Made by a program: the position numbers and the translations under genes
Notes under the pieces: model-generated
The model's input: the letters and a program-made list of their open reading frames with translations, nothing else
Database searches by the model: none
What the model was told of the DNA's origin: nothing
Source: Octopus vulgaris
Taxonomy: Eukaryota
NCBI GenBank assembly: GCA_951406725.2
Contig: OX597818.1
Span: 30,008,001-30,072,000 of the forward strand
Direction of reading: 5' to 3'
Length of the DNA: 64,000 nt
Shown: positions 25,814 to 38,902 of the stretch, piece by piece
Layout: every line of letters starts with the position of its first letter
Numbering within the stretch: the first letter of the stretch is position 1

Positions 25814-27926
25814 CTAACATACACCCTTGGTTGAGAGAAAATTGGCTCCACTAAGCTGAGTTATCTTGAAGACATTGAATAATCTTCCATCTGCCAAATA
25901 ACAGCAAACCTTAATCTTCTGTGTCGACTTAAGCTCCTTTCCAACATTATTAAAAATAATTATTGTTTTTATTTTCTGTTAGAGTGACAGAGTACTGGAA
26001 AACTAGTCAAGAGTTTGATAACACATGCTGTTACCATAATATTATTAATGGGCCAAACACTTATTTGCCAGGAGTTCTCCTGAAGATTTCTCCGGCTATC
26101 TACTCATCCTGTAGAGAGTTTCAACTCAATACATTACCCACATGGTTTATATTAATCCATTGGCAAATTTGAGTTATTGCTGTTGATTCAGTTTTATTAA
26201 ATACCATGCAAATTATTGCTACGCAAAAACTTTTGTCCTATAAGCCTGAAACATGTGTTACTGTCACTGTCCTAGATAGTAAATATCATTTTCTCCTTGA
26301 TGTATAAGAATTTAAAATTGTATGAAGTGTTCTATAAATTATCTCCCCTCGTCTCTGTGAATTGCTAGTAATTGCAGGTAAATTTCGTTTTTTCTCTCTC
26401 GCTAAATGAGAGGTTAATATAAATTTTTAAAAGGATTTTATGTTTATTCTATTTAGTATGAAATCAAATAAAAGATTTACCAGAATATCATGTGACTTTC
26501 AATGGCTGAGACGTTCTAGTTCACCATCATCATCGTTCAACGTCCGTTTTCCATGCTAGCATGGGTTGGACGGTTTGACCGGGGTCTGGGAAGCCAGGAG
26601 GCTGCACCAGGCTCCAGTCTGACCTAGTTCTAAAGGATTATTATTATAAGCTGTATTTGTACCTCAAATTGCCTAGTGATTACAGCATGCATTTCTATAA
26701 TCATCTCCTATGGGAAGTGACTGCAAAAGTCTGTTATGTTATTCAAAGCTAGTTTTTCAATTGTCATTGTCTTGATACCTCAGAAACCAAGTGTAAGCTT
26801 CAGCCCAATGAACTGTGGCGATCAATAAGAGCAGACACATCTGTATTTTCTACTTATCACTCCCATCATACATTTAGTAGCAAAACTTGTTGAATCACAG
26901 CTCAGTTCATATTATGACTGTCCCGTTATTGCTTAATATGAGAAAATGAGGCAAAGCACTCATCACTTTGGGAAGTGTATTGATCTTCCTAAACTCACTC
27001 ATCTTCCCATTTATTCAGGCAAGAACAGTGATTCACAAATGGTCAATAGAGATCATATACAATGGAACTGGTTGTGTGTATATTTGTATGTGTGTGTATG
27101 TTAATGTGTGTGTGATCATATGTCCGTGTGTGTGTGTGTTTGTGTTTTTGTGTGTATGTGTAGTCCATTTGTGTATCTGTGTATCCTTGTGTGTATGTGT
27201 GTTTATGTATGCATGTGTATCTGTGTGAATGTGTGTTTATGTGTGCCATTACATATGTTTCGTATATGCATGTGAGTGCATTCACATGTATTTGCATGTG
27301 AGTTTACGTGTGTCTGTAGTGTGTCTTGGACTTGAATTGTCACATTATGCACTTCAAGCCAAGTTATTAGCCAACCAGTGGCCTGTTTTCACATGATAGT
27401 TTTTCCAGACCCTTCCAGATTCTTCATGGTAATAAGTCTATAAATATTGTCTGTTTTAAGCACCAAACTGCAGTGTAAGTGAAGTTGTGGTCTGATACAC
27501 ACACACCTTCATTGCTTACATAGTCATTCTAATGATTGCATGCTCACCCTCGTATGCTTTATATGATGGCAGATATGATGTGATGTGTACATAATTTCTT
27601 GTGTTTAATCCAACCCCTGTGTTGACTCTATGTGAATATTTCTGGAATGCATGACCAACATCAGTATGACTTGTATGGTGTAAATAAAGTCATATTTAAC
27701 TGTTGGAATGGTGTTTTTTTTTTTGTGTCTATTACATGCAGCCTCATGTGCATAACCAACCAGCTACACACACTCAAAGCTACATGCCTATGTGTCCATT
27801 TGTGTATCCATGCATTCTGATGTGTGTAAGTGTTCATGTGTGTGTGTGTGTTCGCATGTGTGAGTATGAAAGAGAGAGTGGGGAAGGGTATATCAGCAGA
27901 AGAATTTTGATAATCAGAATTCTTAC

Positions 27927-28171
27927 CAGATTATAAGGACAATCAATATGAGCCTTTGTCCATTCATGAGCTGGAGATGCATTACAAGCCCATCTTTGAT
28001 GATAAATACTACTAAGGAGACCATATTCAACACAAAATACTGTTAAGATAACTTTACCATTTCCATTTATTTGATATAAAAAGGAAAAAGGCTTCCCATT
28101 TTCTCCCCACTGAGCCGCTTGCCATGTCATTCTTGATGTACACCTGCTTTGTCCAGTGGAAACCATGTAAC
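27927..28171 (-). CDS. MAM-like gene copy A exon 2
   Basis: cctag/gtaaga boundaries, 245 nt, phase 1 to 0; GYMVST...FSFLYQING...LTVFC...RWACN...EWTKAHIDCPYNL fits the MAM pattern. Confidence 0.82.
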
Positions 28172-28996
28172 CTAGGTAAAACAATGCAAGATGGATGGAT
28201 GGATAGATGAATATACAGATGAACGGACAGATAAGCAAATATTTGCATGCAGACAAACAATTTTTATGAAAATACCTCAGATTATGACTTACTGTATGAT
28301 ACTAATTTACACCATATGAACACATGTATTTATGTACTTCCTCTGATACAGTCAACATCTCTTTATGTGAAACCTTGAAGTTATAACATCATTAATTACA
28401 TACTCGTATCTTTAAAAACACTAAAGCTGGGAGATAATAACTATTACATTTTTATATAAAATTCTATCATAAAGAGCATTTTATTTTTCTGTTTTCAGTA
28501 AATTTAACATGTGGAGAATATCAAGATTTTGTTTCATATTTATTCTTGCTTCTCACCATAACTTATAGAATTTGTGCCAACCAGTGGTTATAGACTGAAA
28601 GATTATTTTCTTTGAGGATATTTCAGATTTGCTGCTTAAAATCGAAATCGAAATCGATCAACATCAATGGAAATTGCAGCTGTGATACTAGTGCCGGTGG
28701 TATGTAAGAAAACCATCCGAACGTAGCCGTTGCCAGACTGGCCTCGTGCTGGTGGCACGTAAAAAGCACCATCCGATCATGGCCATTGTCAGCCTTGCCT
28801 GGCCCCCATGCCGGTGGCATGTAAAAAGCACCATCCAATCGTGGCACCCACTACACTCACAGAGTGGTTGGCGTTAGGAAGAGCATCCAGCCGTAGAAAC
28901 ATTGCCAGATCAGACTGGGCCTGGTGCAGCCTTCTGGTTTCCCAGACCCCAGTTGAACCATCCAACTCATGCTAGCATGGAAAGCGGACACTAAAC

Positions 28997-29038
<42 letters not shown>

Positions 29039-29670
29039 AAGGATGAGGAAACACGAAACTTGTGAATTATAACCGTATAATGTATTGATTAACTACTGGT
29101 ACTAAGCAATGAGAATCAGAACAACTGACCTTCACAAATAAACAAAGCATATTCATAACCTTGAAAACAATATATACTGACAACAACCACATCCCAAACT
29201 AAATGCTGTGGGACCTTGTCAGTGACCAGTTCACAGTTGACACCAAATAATAAATGTTTAAATGAAGTTAACAAACTTTGTGCGTGTTTTGAATAGTTAA
29301 TATACACTTTCCATGCTGTAATTTTCTTTTATTTTCAGCATACAGACTGGGATCAAATTACTTGCCAGACATATTTGACTGGTATTCTTGTCTCCGTTAC
29401 AAACAGCCTCATGTACATTACCAACTAGCTCAGAGCTACATGCCTGTGTGTTCATTGGTGTATCCGTGTATTCAGATGTATATATGAATTCATGTGTCCA
29501 TTTTTGTGTATGTATGTGTGTGTGTGTACAGGTATGGCTGTGCAGTAAAAAACTTGCTTCCCAATAATACTAGGCTTAACATAGCCTTGTGAAATTGTAT
29601 GGTAGATGGATACTAAAAGAAACCTATTGAGTGTGTGTATATACATACATTCATACGTATATATACATAC

Positions 29671-29708
<38 letters not shown>

Positions 29709-29736
29709 TCATACATCTCTGCATATATATACATAC

Positions 29737-29834
<98 letters not shown>

Positions 29835-30161
29835 TAATAGTTATCACCAAGGTAATATGGCAGTCCATAAATATAGGACAAAAGCTGCCGTTGATTAGCT
29901 CCAAGAGGCCATTGCCTCTAGCTAGCTATGTGACACACGAACCTGTGTTCATTATAACCTTCAAACAAGGGAGGTCAGCCACTTCCCCTTGCTGGTCTGG
30001 CATCTGCAGACTAGTTTCAGGGTATTTGTCCTTTATCAATGCAGAGTAGCCAAATGCAGCAGGCATTGCTATTGACCATGTGTTTGAAGGATTATTTACC
30101 GAAATTCAGGGGAATATATATATATTCAGTGGAATATGTATATATATATATATTCAGTGGA

Positions 30162-30201
<40 letters not shown>

Positions 30202-30279
30202 TAATAAATAAAATATATGCATACAAATATGTACGTACCTACATCTACATGTTTATATACATGCATATATAAATATATA

Positions 30280-30550
30280 TACGTGAGTACAGGACACCAC
30301 AAATAGATGTAGAACTCAACGAGAAACGAAAACATAAAAACAAACGTGGAAACGGACCTAAACGAAAAAACAGAGTACAAGACAAACTACACAAGGAAAA
30401 ATCCCCTTCATCAGCTGTCCCTAGTTCAACTCCAGCGTGTTTCGAAGGTGAGGACAGAACACGACTCGTGGTACTATTCCTTCCTGTGAAGGAATTAAAT
30501 AAAATTACTTCGCAGAGGGGTAAAAACAAGGAAAGTTAAACATGTGACGA
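30280..30550 (-). mobile_element. (TA)n-inserted element carrying an intact permuted hammerhead
   Basis: Flanked by (TA)n; 3' end ggtgtcctgtactca shared with the 20.7 and 21.4 kb copies. Confidence 0.65.
30403..30463 (-). ncRNA. Candidate non-circularly permuted (pseudoknotted) hammerhead ribozyme
   Basis: Minus strand reads CGTGT-T-CTGTCCT-cac-CTTC-GAAACACG-14nt-GGGACAG-CTGATGA-A-GGGG; all core nucleotides and three stems are present. Confidence 0.72.
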
Positions 30551-30566
30551 ATATATATATATATAT

Positions 30567-30600
<34 letters not shown>

Positions 30601-30614
30601 GTATATATATCTCT

Positions 30615-31410
30615 ATCTGCAATGAATAAATTGTCATCTAAATTATGCAAAATTGAAAATTACACTGTCATCTCATTATAACAGATATATTTACCAAAAT
30701 TACATAAAAATATCTTGAAATACTAATGGGTAAATGTTTTCAATAAAATCGCTAGTGGCTCTTCAACCAGGACCTCGAGACGACATCAGAATCTCCTGCA
30801 ACTCTTTGTTTAAGGTGGTGAATACTGTCATAATCCTTACCTTCAGTTCATCTTTGGTGTTACAAGGAGTTTTCATCCTGGCCGAAATTTTTCTCATCTG
30901 AAGAAAGCCAAAGCATGTTTGGTTGGCAGGGATGCTTGAGCTTGTTCAAAAGCTTCGTAGTGTAGTCTTTCCTCTTGTCCTTGATGGCTTGGGATAAAGA
31001 TTCACCCTTTCTCACCTTGTATGACAAATACCGAATATCTTCATTCACTACCTACCTGATCAGAAACTCAGACACTCCCATATCTCTAGCTATGGACCTG
31101 ATTGACTTGGAGGGATTGTTGTTAATCATGGCCTGGATCTCACCAACAAATTCAAGAGTTCTTTTTTTATCAGAACAATCAGAACGGGTTTTCTGAGCTG
31201 CCGTACCTTTGTAATCACCATTAAACTCATCCAACTCACTCCAAATCTTCTGTACTGTCCTCAGATTGACACCCAAACACTCTGAAATGTTCATATTGGA
31301 GCTTCCAGTGTGAATGCCAAGAAGTACAGCATGTCATTTCCAAATTTCTGACAGAGTGAATTGTGTCATTGTACTGTTTTCCTCACAGACGGTGCCTAAC
31401 TGACCCTACT
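30615..31410 (-). mobile_element. Internally deleted Tc1/mariner-superfamily (maT-like) element
   Basis: KSIRSIARDMGVSE HTH and SDEKNF motif; ends match 50593-51464. Confidence 0.75.
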
Positions 31411-33059
31411 ATAAAAAGATAGCTATTATTTAACGTCATTTTTATTTCGGATGTTCGAAAGATCTAAAAAAATGTTTGAACAATTATTTTTCCTCTTTTA
31501 GACTTAAACATAAGGCGGGTTGCACAACGCTGTCCAGTAAAATTTGGGAACTGAAAGAAAAATATATCGAATGTAACCTAAAATGGGATATAATATGAAA
31601 GGCACAGCCTTATAAAAATAGTAGAGATGGATGTGAACTTTGTTCTATGGAGACATATGAAATTTTAAAACATAGGAATAATACAAACTTATTGAATAAC
31701 CGTTTCGAACTGGGAGCATCTTGTATACATTGTGCTACCGGTATGTTTAAGTATTTTAAATAATAACATTCTGATCATTCCTAAATTTTCAAATCCTAAT
31801 ATGTTATAACCAAATAAAAATTAATATACCATACTAGCTTTTATTCAACCTGCAAAGATTTAAGAAGTTTCATTATATATATAAATCTGAATATATGAAA
31901 TTCGAATTTTTTTTTTTATACTCTCCTATATTGGAATGAAAAAATTCTATATATCTAGGGAAATTACTTGGTTCATCTTGATTACCTCCCTTCCATTACT
32001 TTTTAATATATATTATTGACTCCTGATATATTTACTTAATTGATAAAGTTTTTCTCCATGGGTAGTAAATATTATGTCTAACATATTCTTTTAATTCAAC
32101 TCATTAATAAAATAAATCACCATTTACTAATTGTGATTCTATATTAATGGAAATGGGGATATATAAATATGAAATAATTGCAAATAATTCTATATATCTT
32201 GAGAAATTACCTGGTTCATCTTGATTACTTCCCTTCCATTATTTTTTAATATATCTTATTGACTCTTAATATATGTACTAAATTAATGTTTTTTCCACGG
32301 TTAGTAAATATTATGTCTAACATTTTCTTTTAATTCAACTCATTAAAATAATCACCACTTACTAGCTAATTATGATTATATATTAATGGAAATGGATATA
32401 TATATATATTTATATAAATATGAAATGGTTTCTATATTTTCTATCCATATATAAGATACTAATGTTTACTGAAATCATTTAGGAAATTGTCTAAGGAATA
32501 TTGACTTAAATTTCTTAATATGAAATCTAGATGTCAAATGGTAGTAGACATTAAAACCTCTGGAACACTAATAGTCTATCTTCCCCTACCCCTCTAACTT
32601 CAACATACTAGCCTTTTGCTTAGTGCATTCAAATGTATCTAGGCTGGGTTCCTCAGAATAGGAATAGGTTTATTGGTTTTGACATTTGTTTCTACCCCTT
32701 CCTATATCTATAAATAGAAAAAATTCTTTGTCTCCATCCAACCCAAAATAGAACCCCCCTCCCCACTAACAGATCTAATTAACAAAGTGAAAAAATCTAC
32801 AGTCAGAGAGTAAATTTAATACTACCATGTTCTTAAGAATGAAATCAACCTCTCTGTCTGTATATCTACCCTCTTTATAATGTTGGCAAATGAAATAGAG
32901 ATAAGAATGTGCATTGTCCGTTTGATTGGAAAATTTCTATAAGTGGCTGAAGATTGCTCAACATTTTAAAATTGATGTAATACTTACAGTGTTTAATAAA
33001 ATGAAGTAGCATGAAACGATCGTACCACATTACCTCGGTTATACTTCTTGCTTATTTTG

Positions 33060-33060
<1 letters not shown>
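31411..33060 (+). mobile_element. Penelope-like (Naiad-type) 3' fragment with long AT-rich 3' region
   Basis: SFRLKHKAGCTTLSSKIWELKE...KWDII*KAQPY...CELCSMETYEIL...LLNNRFEL...CIH is the C-terminus of a PLE GIY-YIG region; ~240-bp tandem duplication at 31945-32420; hammerhead at the 3' end. Confidence 0.72.
32943..33028 (+). ncRNA. Type I hammerhead ribozyme with extended stem II
   Basis: GTGG-CTGAAGA-TTGCT...AGCAT-GAAA-CGATCG-TA-CCAC; palindromic stem III; predicted cleavage after 33024. Confidence 0.85.
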
Positions 33061-33134
<74 letters not shown>

Positions 33135-33149
33135 TATATATATATTTAA

Positions 33150-33446
33150 AGACTCCGCCGTTACGACGACGAGGGTCCCAGCTGATACGATCAACGGAAC
33201 AGCTAAATAACGTGCAAATGGCTGAGCATTCCACAGACACGTGTACCCTTAACGTATTCTCGGGATAATCAACGTGACACAGAGAGTGACAAGGCTGACC
33301 CTTTGAAATATACAACTCATTTTTGCCAGCTGAGTGGACTGGAGCAACGTGAAATAAAGTGTCTTGCTCAAGAACACAACGCGTCGCCGGGAATCAAACT
33401 CACAACCTACGATCATGAGCAATGCCCAACCACTAAGCCACGCCTA
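33150..33446 (-). mobile_element. tRNA-head SINE with CORE-like block (family 3)
   Basis: TGGCTTAGTGG A box, GTTTGATTCC B-box-like motif, ttgagcaagacactt block; second copy at 45028-45328. Confidence 0.8.
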
Positions 33447-33595
33447 CATATATATATATACATATATATACATACACATACACACACACATACATATATA
33501 CACACACACACATATATATATATATATACATCTATCTATATATCTATCTATTTATCTATCTATCTATATATCCATCCATCTATCTATCTATCTAA

Positions 33596-33681
<86 letters not shown>

Positions 33682-33759
33682 TTTGTCTTTTCACCTTGTG
33701 CTGTATGAATTTATGAAGTAGTTTTAGTTTTGACTGCTATCTCTAGCGTGGTGGTATCT

Positions 33760-35872
33760 CTTCACCAGTCTTTCAGATGTGAAGAATAAATGGGAGGAGG
33801 AGAGTCTGCCAAAGGTTGACCCAGTTGAGAGACCAGCTCCCCAAATCAACAGTACCCTGTTAGATAAAGCAATTGAGAATATGAAGACAAGGAAAGCACC
33901 TGGCCCATCAGGAATCACTAGTAGGATGCTTAAAATATCGGATGGTGTGGGTTATGGTCATGTCACCCGCATAGTAAATCAGGTGGTTCATGAAGGAGTC
34001 ATACCCAATGACTGGTAAAGCAGCACCATAGTCAACTGCTACAAAGTTAAAGGTGATGCTTTAGACAGAAATAACTACAGGGGTATCAAATTATTGGATC
34101 AGGTGATGAAAGTTACAGAGAGAATCATAGCCCAACTAATTAGGGAGAGAGTTAGCCTACATGAGATGCAGTTTGGTTTTGTACCAGGCAGAAGCACCAC
34201 TGATGCTATAGTTTTTGTAAGGCAACTGCAGGAAAAATATCTACCCAAAGATAAACCTCTGTACTTGGCTTTTGTTGACTTGGGGAAAGCCTTTGACAGG
34301 GTCCCCTGATCTCTTATCTGATGGTCAATGCAGAAACTGGGGATAGATGAGTGGCTGATTAGAGCTGTACAAGCCCTGTACAGGGATGCTGTCAGTAAGG
34401 TGAGGGTTGTCAACGAGTATAGTGAAGAATTCTGAGTAGAAGTAGGAGTTTACCAAGGATCTATCCTCAGCCCCTCTTATTCATTATAGTCCTCCAGGTA
34501 ATAGCAGAGGACTATATCTATGCTGATGACCTTGCTCTAATAGCCAAGTCACTGACAGAACCAGAGACGAAGTTTAGGGTGTGGAAGCAAGGTCTAGAAT
34601 CGAAGGGCTTTAGGGTTAACCTAGCAAAAACCAAAGTTCTAGTAAGTAGGAAGGCTGTCAAATCACAATCCCTTTCAGGTAGATAGCCCTGCTCGATCTG
34701 TAGAAAAGGCATGGGTAGAAACTCCATACGATGTATCTGGTGTAATCAATGAACACATAAAAGGTGCAGCAATATCAAAGGAAGTTAACCAGGCAAATAG
34801 TTTTTTTGTGTTGCAGATGCACAGGGAAATAAACACTAAAGATGTACAGAAAACAGCTTCTGTCACATTCCAAGGAGAGAAACTACAAGTAGTAAATAGC
34901 CTCTGCTACCTAGGCGACCAAGTCTGTAGTGGTGGTAGTTGCTCTGAGAGTGCAGCAACTAGAGTAAGAATAGCCTAGGCAAAGCTCAGGTGGCCCCTAC
35001 CTCTGCTGGCCACTAAGGGCCTCTCACTCAGGATGAAAGGTAGACTGTATGATGCATGTGTGCGAACTACTATACTACATGGCAATGAAACATTGACCAT
35101 GAATGCTGAGGACATGCGTTGGCTTGAAAGAAATGAAGCTACTATGATCCGCTGGATATGTAATCTTATTGTGCATACACAACAGAGTAAGTGCCCTGAG
35201 AGAAAAGTTGGGTGTAAGAAGCATCAGATGTGGTGTGCAAGAGAGGCCACTGCGCTGGTATGGTCATGTGTTATGCATGGATGAGGAGAACTGTGTGAGG
35301 AACTGCCACTCTCTAACTGTGGAAGGAACCTGTGGAAGCGGTAAACCCAGAAAGATATGGGATGAGGTGATGAAGCATGATTTTCGAACATTGGGCCTCA
35401 CAGAGGGAATGACAGGAGACCAAGACCTTTGGAGATATGCTGTGTTTAAGAAGACCAGGCATCTAAAGTGAGATAGAAGCCATGCATGTCTGGCCCTGTT
35501 AAGAATGTTCCTGATGTGTCGGGCAATATGATATGATTGAGAAGACCTGTTGAGTCAAGTAAAACCAATATCATAACTGTGGCCATTGTCCCCTGACTGG
35601 TTCCCATGCTGGGGGCACACAAAAAAGCCCTAACCAAATGTGGCCAATGCCAGTACCCCCACCTGACTGGCTCCTGTGCTAGTGGCATGTAAAAAGCACC
35701 CACTGCATTCTCGGAGTGGTTGAGGTTAGGAAGGGCATCCAGCTGTAGAAACATTGCCAGATCATATTGGAGCCTGGTGCAGTTGCTGGCTCTCCAGACC
35801 TCAGTCAAACTGTCCAACACATGCCAGCATGGAAAATGGACGTTAAACGATGATGATGATGATGATGATGAT
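33760..35872 (+). mobile_element. 5'-truncated decayed RTE-clade LINE with PHD-like insert and (GAT)n tail
   Basis: KAPGPSGI, NYRGIKLL, QFGFVPGRSTTDAI, FVDLGKAFDRVP, YADD, LRWYGHV motifs; multiple stops. Confidence 0.9.
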
Positions 35873-37055
35873 ATATATATATATATATGGCCACAGTCTA
35901 ATGAGTAATACAAGTAAAAGATATATATATCTATCTATGTGTGTGTGTGTGTGTACGTGTGCATTACTGTTTCTTTGCCTTGACTTCATGTGATTAAATG
36001 AATGTCACTGTCATGCAAGGGGTATCCTTCATTTCCAATCTTCCATGAAAACATGCCTGCTCTTCAGGAAGGGCATCTGCTTGTTGAAAATATACCCTGC
36101 CAAAAATTCCATCCAAGTGATGCAAGCATGAAAATGTGGGCATTAAACAATGTTGATGCTGCTGCTGATGGTATATATGTATGGGCATATACATATATGT
36201 AAACTCCTACAGGGTCTGCAAAGGTTTTGGTTACAGCCCTTTCATCATCATCACCTCTATCATCATCATCATCATCATCATCATTTAACGTCTGTTTTCC
36301 ATGCTGGCATGAGTTGGATGGTTTGACTGAGAGCCAGTGGCTGCACCAGGCTCCAATCTGATCTGGCAATGTTTCTACAGCTGGATGCCCTTCCTAATGC
36401 CAACCACTCCAAGAGTGTAGTGGGTGCTTTTTATGTGGCACCAGCACAGGGGCCAGTCAGGTGGACCTGGTATTGATCACATTCAGATAGTGCTTTTTAT
36501 GTGCCACCTGCACAGGGTCCAGTCAGTGGGTACTGGCATCAAAAGTGCTAAAACCTAGAATATCATTTCTGTTGAGGGTATGTTCATTATGAGACTTGTA
36601 ATTGGCTGAGAGCTTGCTTTGTGCAAAATCACTTAACTCTCAACAACTGTCAGTTCACCTGGTTTCAAGCCAGTACCATGAGGGCATATATTTCACTTAT
36701 ATAAGTAACAGGAGAAAATTATGACTGATGAATCAAAAGAGAAGGTGCTGAGTTCTGCTTGACCTGCTTGTGAATTCCAACCATGACCATCTCATCTGTT
36801 TGTATATAGTTGCTTTATTTAGTCTGATGTATCATTCCTCTTTTAAGCTACCAGTATGTGATTTAAGAATAATTTGGCTGCTATTTCTAGGATATCATCA
36901 ACTAAGTAAAGATTCCTTCATATTCACTCAGACATTTTTGTCTGTTCTATTAATAAGAAGGTAAAAGTAAGATGTGTGAAAACGAAGAAAAAAGACGACT
37001 TTGTAATACTAACATTTCTCAAGCTTACAGAGAAAAAAAGGGAAAAAAATCTCAC

Positions 37056-37157
37056 CTTTAACTCCATCAAGTTGCTTGTTTGTCCATTTCCAGTTGCAAT
37101 ATTCCTTTCCAGTAGACCAATGACACTTTCCCTTTTGGAAACTACATTCCCAGGAAC
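37056..37157 (-). CDS. MAM-like gene copy A exon 1 (SWECSFQKGKCHWSTGKEYCNWKWTNKQLDGVK)
   Basis: aag/gtgag boundaries, 102 nt, phase 1 to 1; CxFxxGxCxW is the MAM N-terminal signature. Confidence 0.82.
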
Positions 37158-37869
37158 CTTTATATTATGAAAATACAAACACTATTAGCTTCCTGAAAGT
37201 TTTGTGTACAAGAATAATTTTATTTATTTATTTTTAATATCAATGTTTTTTCATATATACTCAAAGTATTAAATTTAATACGGAAGGAGAAATGAGATTT
37301 TGTGATGCTCATGCCTCTCAAAAGAGTTAATTGAGTAAGTGAATTAAAATTGTTATATTTTAGACTTCATGTTAAACAAGTGACTCAGTTTTAATAGCTT
37401 ACATTCCTTCATTTAGAATAGAATTCTTACCTTTTACGTTCTCTTCACTCAAATGTTTGGTCTGTGTCTATATTTGAAATCATAACATGACACAACTATG
37501 CATTCCCCATGGCAATCCCTTTGCTATTATGTCCGCAAGGCACAGTTGAACACATTGTTTAGACTGCAGTGTACAGTTAGTTACTCTCTCCACAACCCAC
37601 CTTCTTTTGAGGCTTAATTCCCTATCTCATTTTCTTTGCTTCCTTGTTTGAGGTAATTCTGGCATTGTTGTTTCAATGATCACCTTAAAATTTCGATTGC
37701 CTTTAACTTTATTTTTTACACTTTTATATTTTATTCTTTTAATCAATTTATCTTGTTGTACCCAACTAAGCAGTTATGAATAAGTTATTTAACATCAACT
37801 AATTTAGCTTAAGGTATCAGTACAATTGATTAGTGTTCACATTGTAAATCTATATTCAAATCTCCTGGT

Positions 37870-38670
37870 TAGATTTTCATATGCACAATCGCTCTCCAAG
37901 TTATCTGTCAGTCAGAATCTAAGAGGAGCTGACTACTCAGTCTTCTGGTAAGGCAAGAGGAACTATGAAACTCATGAACTCAGTGTTTTGTTTGTTGTCT
38001 TGAATACATTTCTTGAAGCCTTTTGGCTCAGATACAAAGTGTATGCTTTCCCTATACAAGATTTGATCTTCTTTGTATATATGACACTAGATTTACTGCT
38101 GTTGATGACATTAATGTTAAGTTGTACAGTCAACTGGACAGTCACATCACATATTTCCTAGAAAAAGAATCTTGATAATTTTTACCAAGATCAAGCTGTA
38201 ACCAAGACAGTTCATTGATCAAAGACAGAAGGGTTGATATTCCTGAATGTAACAAAGCCAGAAAGGTCTGCCCACTTCAGCACATTGCTCTTAGAAGTCT
38301 TCTAGGGAAACTGTAGAACATTAAATGACATACAACCCTTGAACAAACTCAAAACAGTCTTTCACACTGTTGCAATAGAATGTTTTGAGAGCAAGCAATG
38401 CGTGTAGAAAAATAATTGGCACTCATTCTATTTAGAAAGTTTTGATCACTTTGATGCTGCAAAATATAGACTCTCGAAGCCTACAAAATCTTGCCTTCTA
38501 CAGAGGACAACCAAACAGTTGTTACAGCTAAAATCAGAATTTAGAAAATATTCAGAATAAGCATTAATAATGATTCACTCCTCTCCAACTCTCTCTTACA
38601 AACCTAAGACACAAATAATATCAGGGAGATGTATTCTGGTAAAAAAGGAAGAAAATACTGCAATCAACAT
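37870..38670 (+). mobile_element. Ancient RTE-like remnant shared with the B duplicate
   Basis: Decayed YSVFW*GK endonuclease-like motif; aligns with 62480-63410, which runs on into RTE RT motifs. Confidence 0.55.
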
Positions 38671-38902
38671 TTGAACAAAAAGGTAAAGGTCACCTGTTCT
38701 TGAGATACAAAGATACGTGCAGGCATGACATGTGACTGACTAAAAACGATCTTGTCACCTGGGCAGCAGTTGCAGCAGAGAACAAGTTTTGCTCAAGACA
38801 TGAATATAATAGTGCTCATAAAAATGATTACTGCAGTACTGCATATATGTGTGCATATAAATGCATGTATATATTTATGGGTATAATCACGTGCACATAA
38901 AT

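Noticed and set aside
37158-37192. Alternative tttcag acceptor extending MAM exon 1 with hydrophobic codons
   Set aside because: Contains an in-frame TAA in both copies; the downstream aag acceptor was preferred.
37430-37470. Candidate upstream exon of the MAM gene (tag...AAAG/gtaaga)
   Set aside because: Not signal-peptide-like, and the paralogous donor near 62323 reads AT rather than GT.
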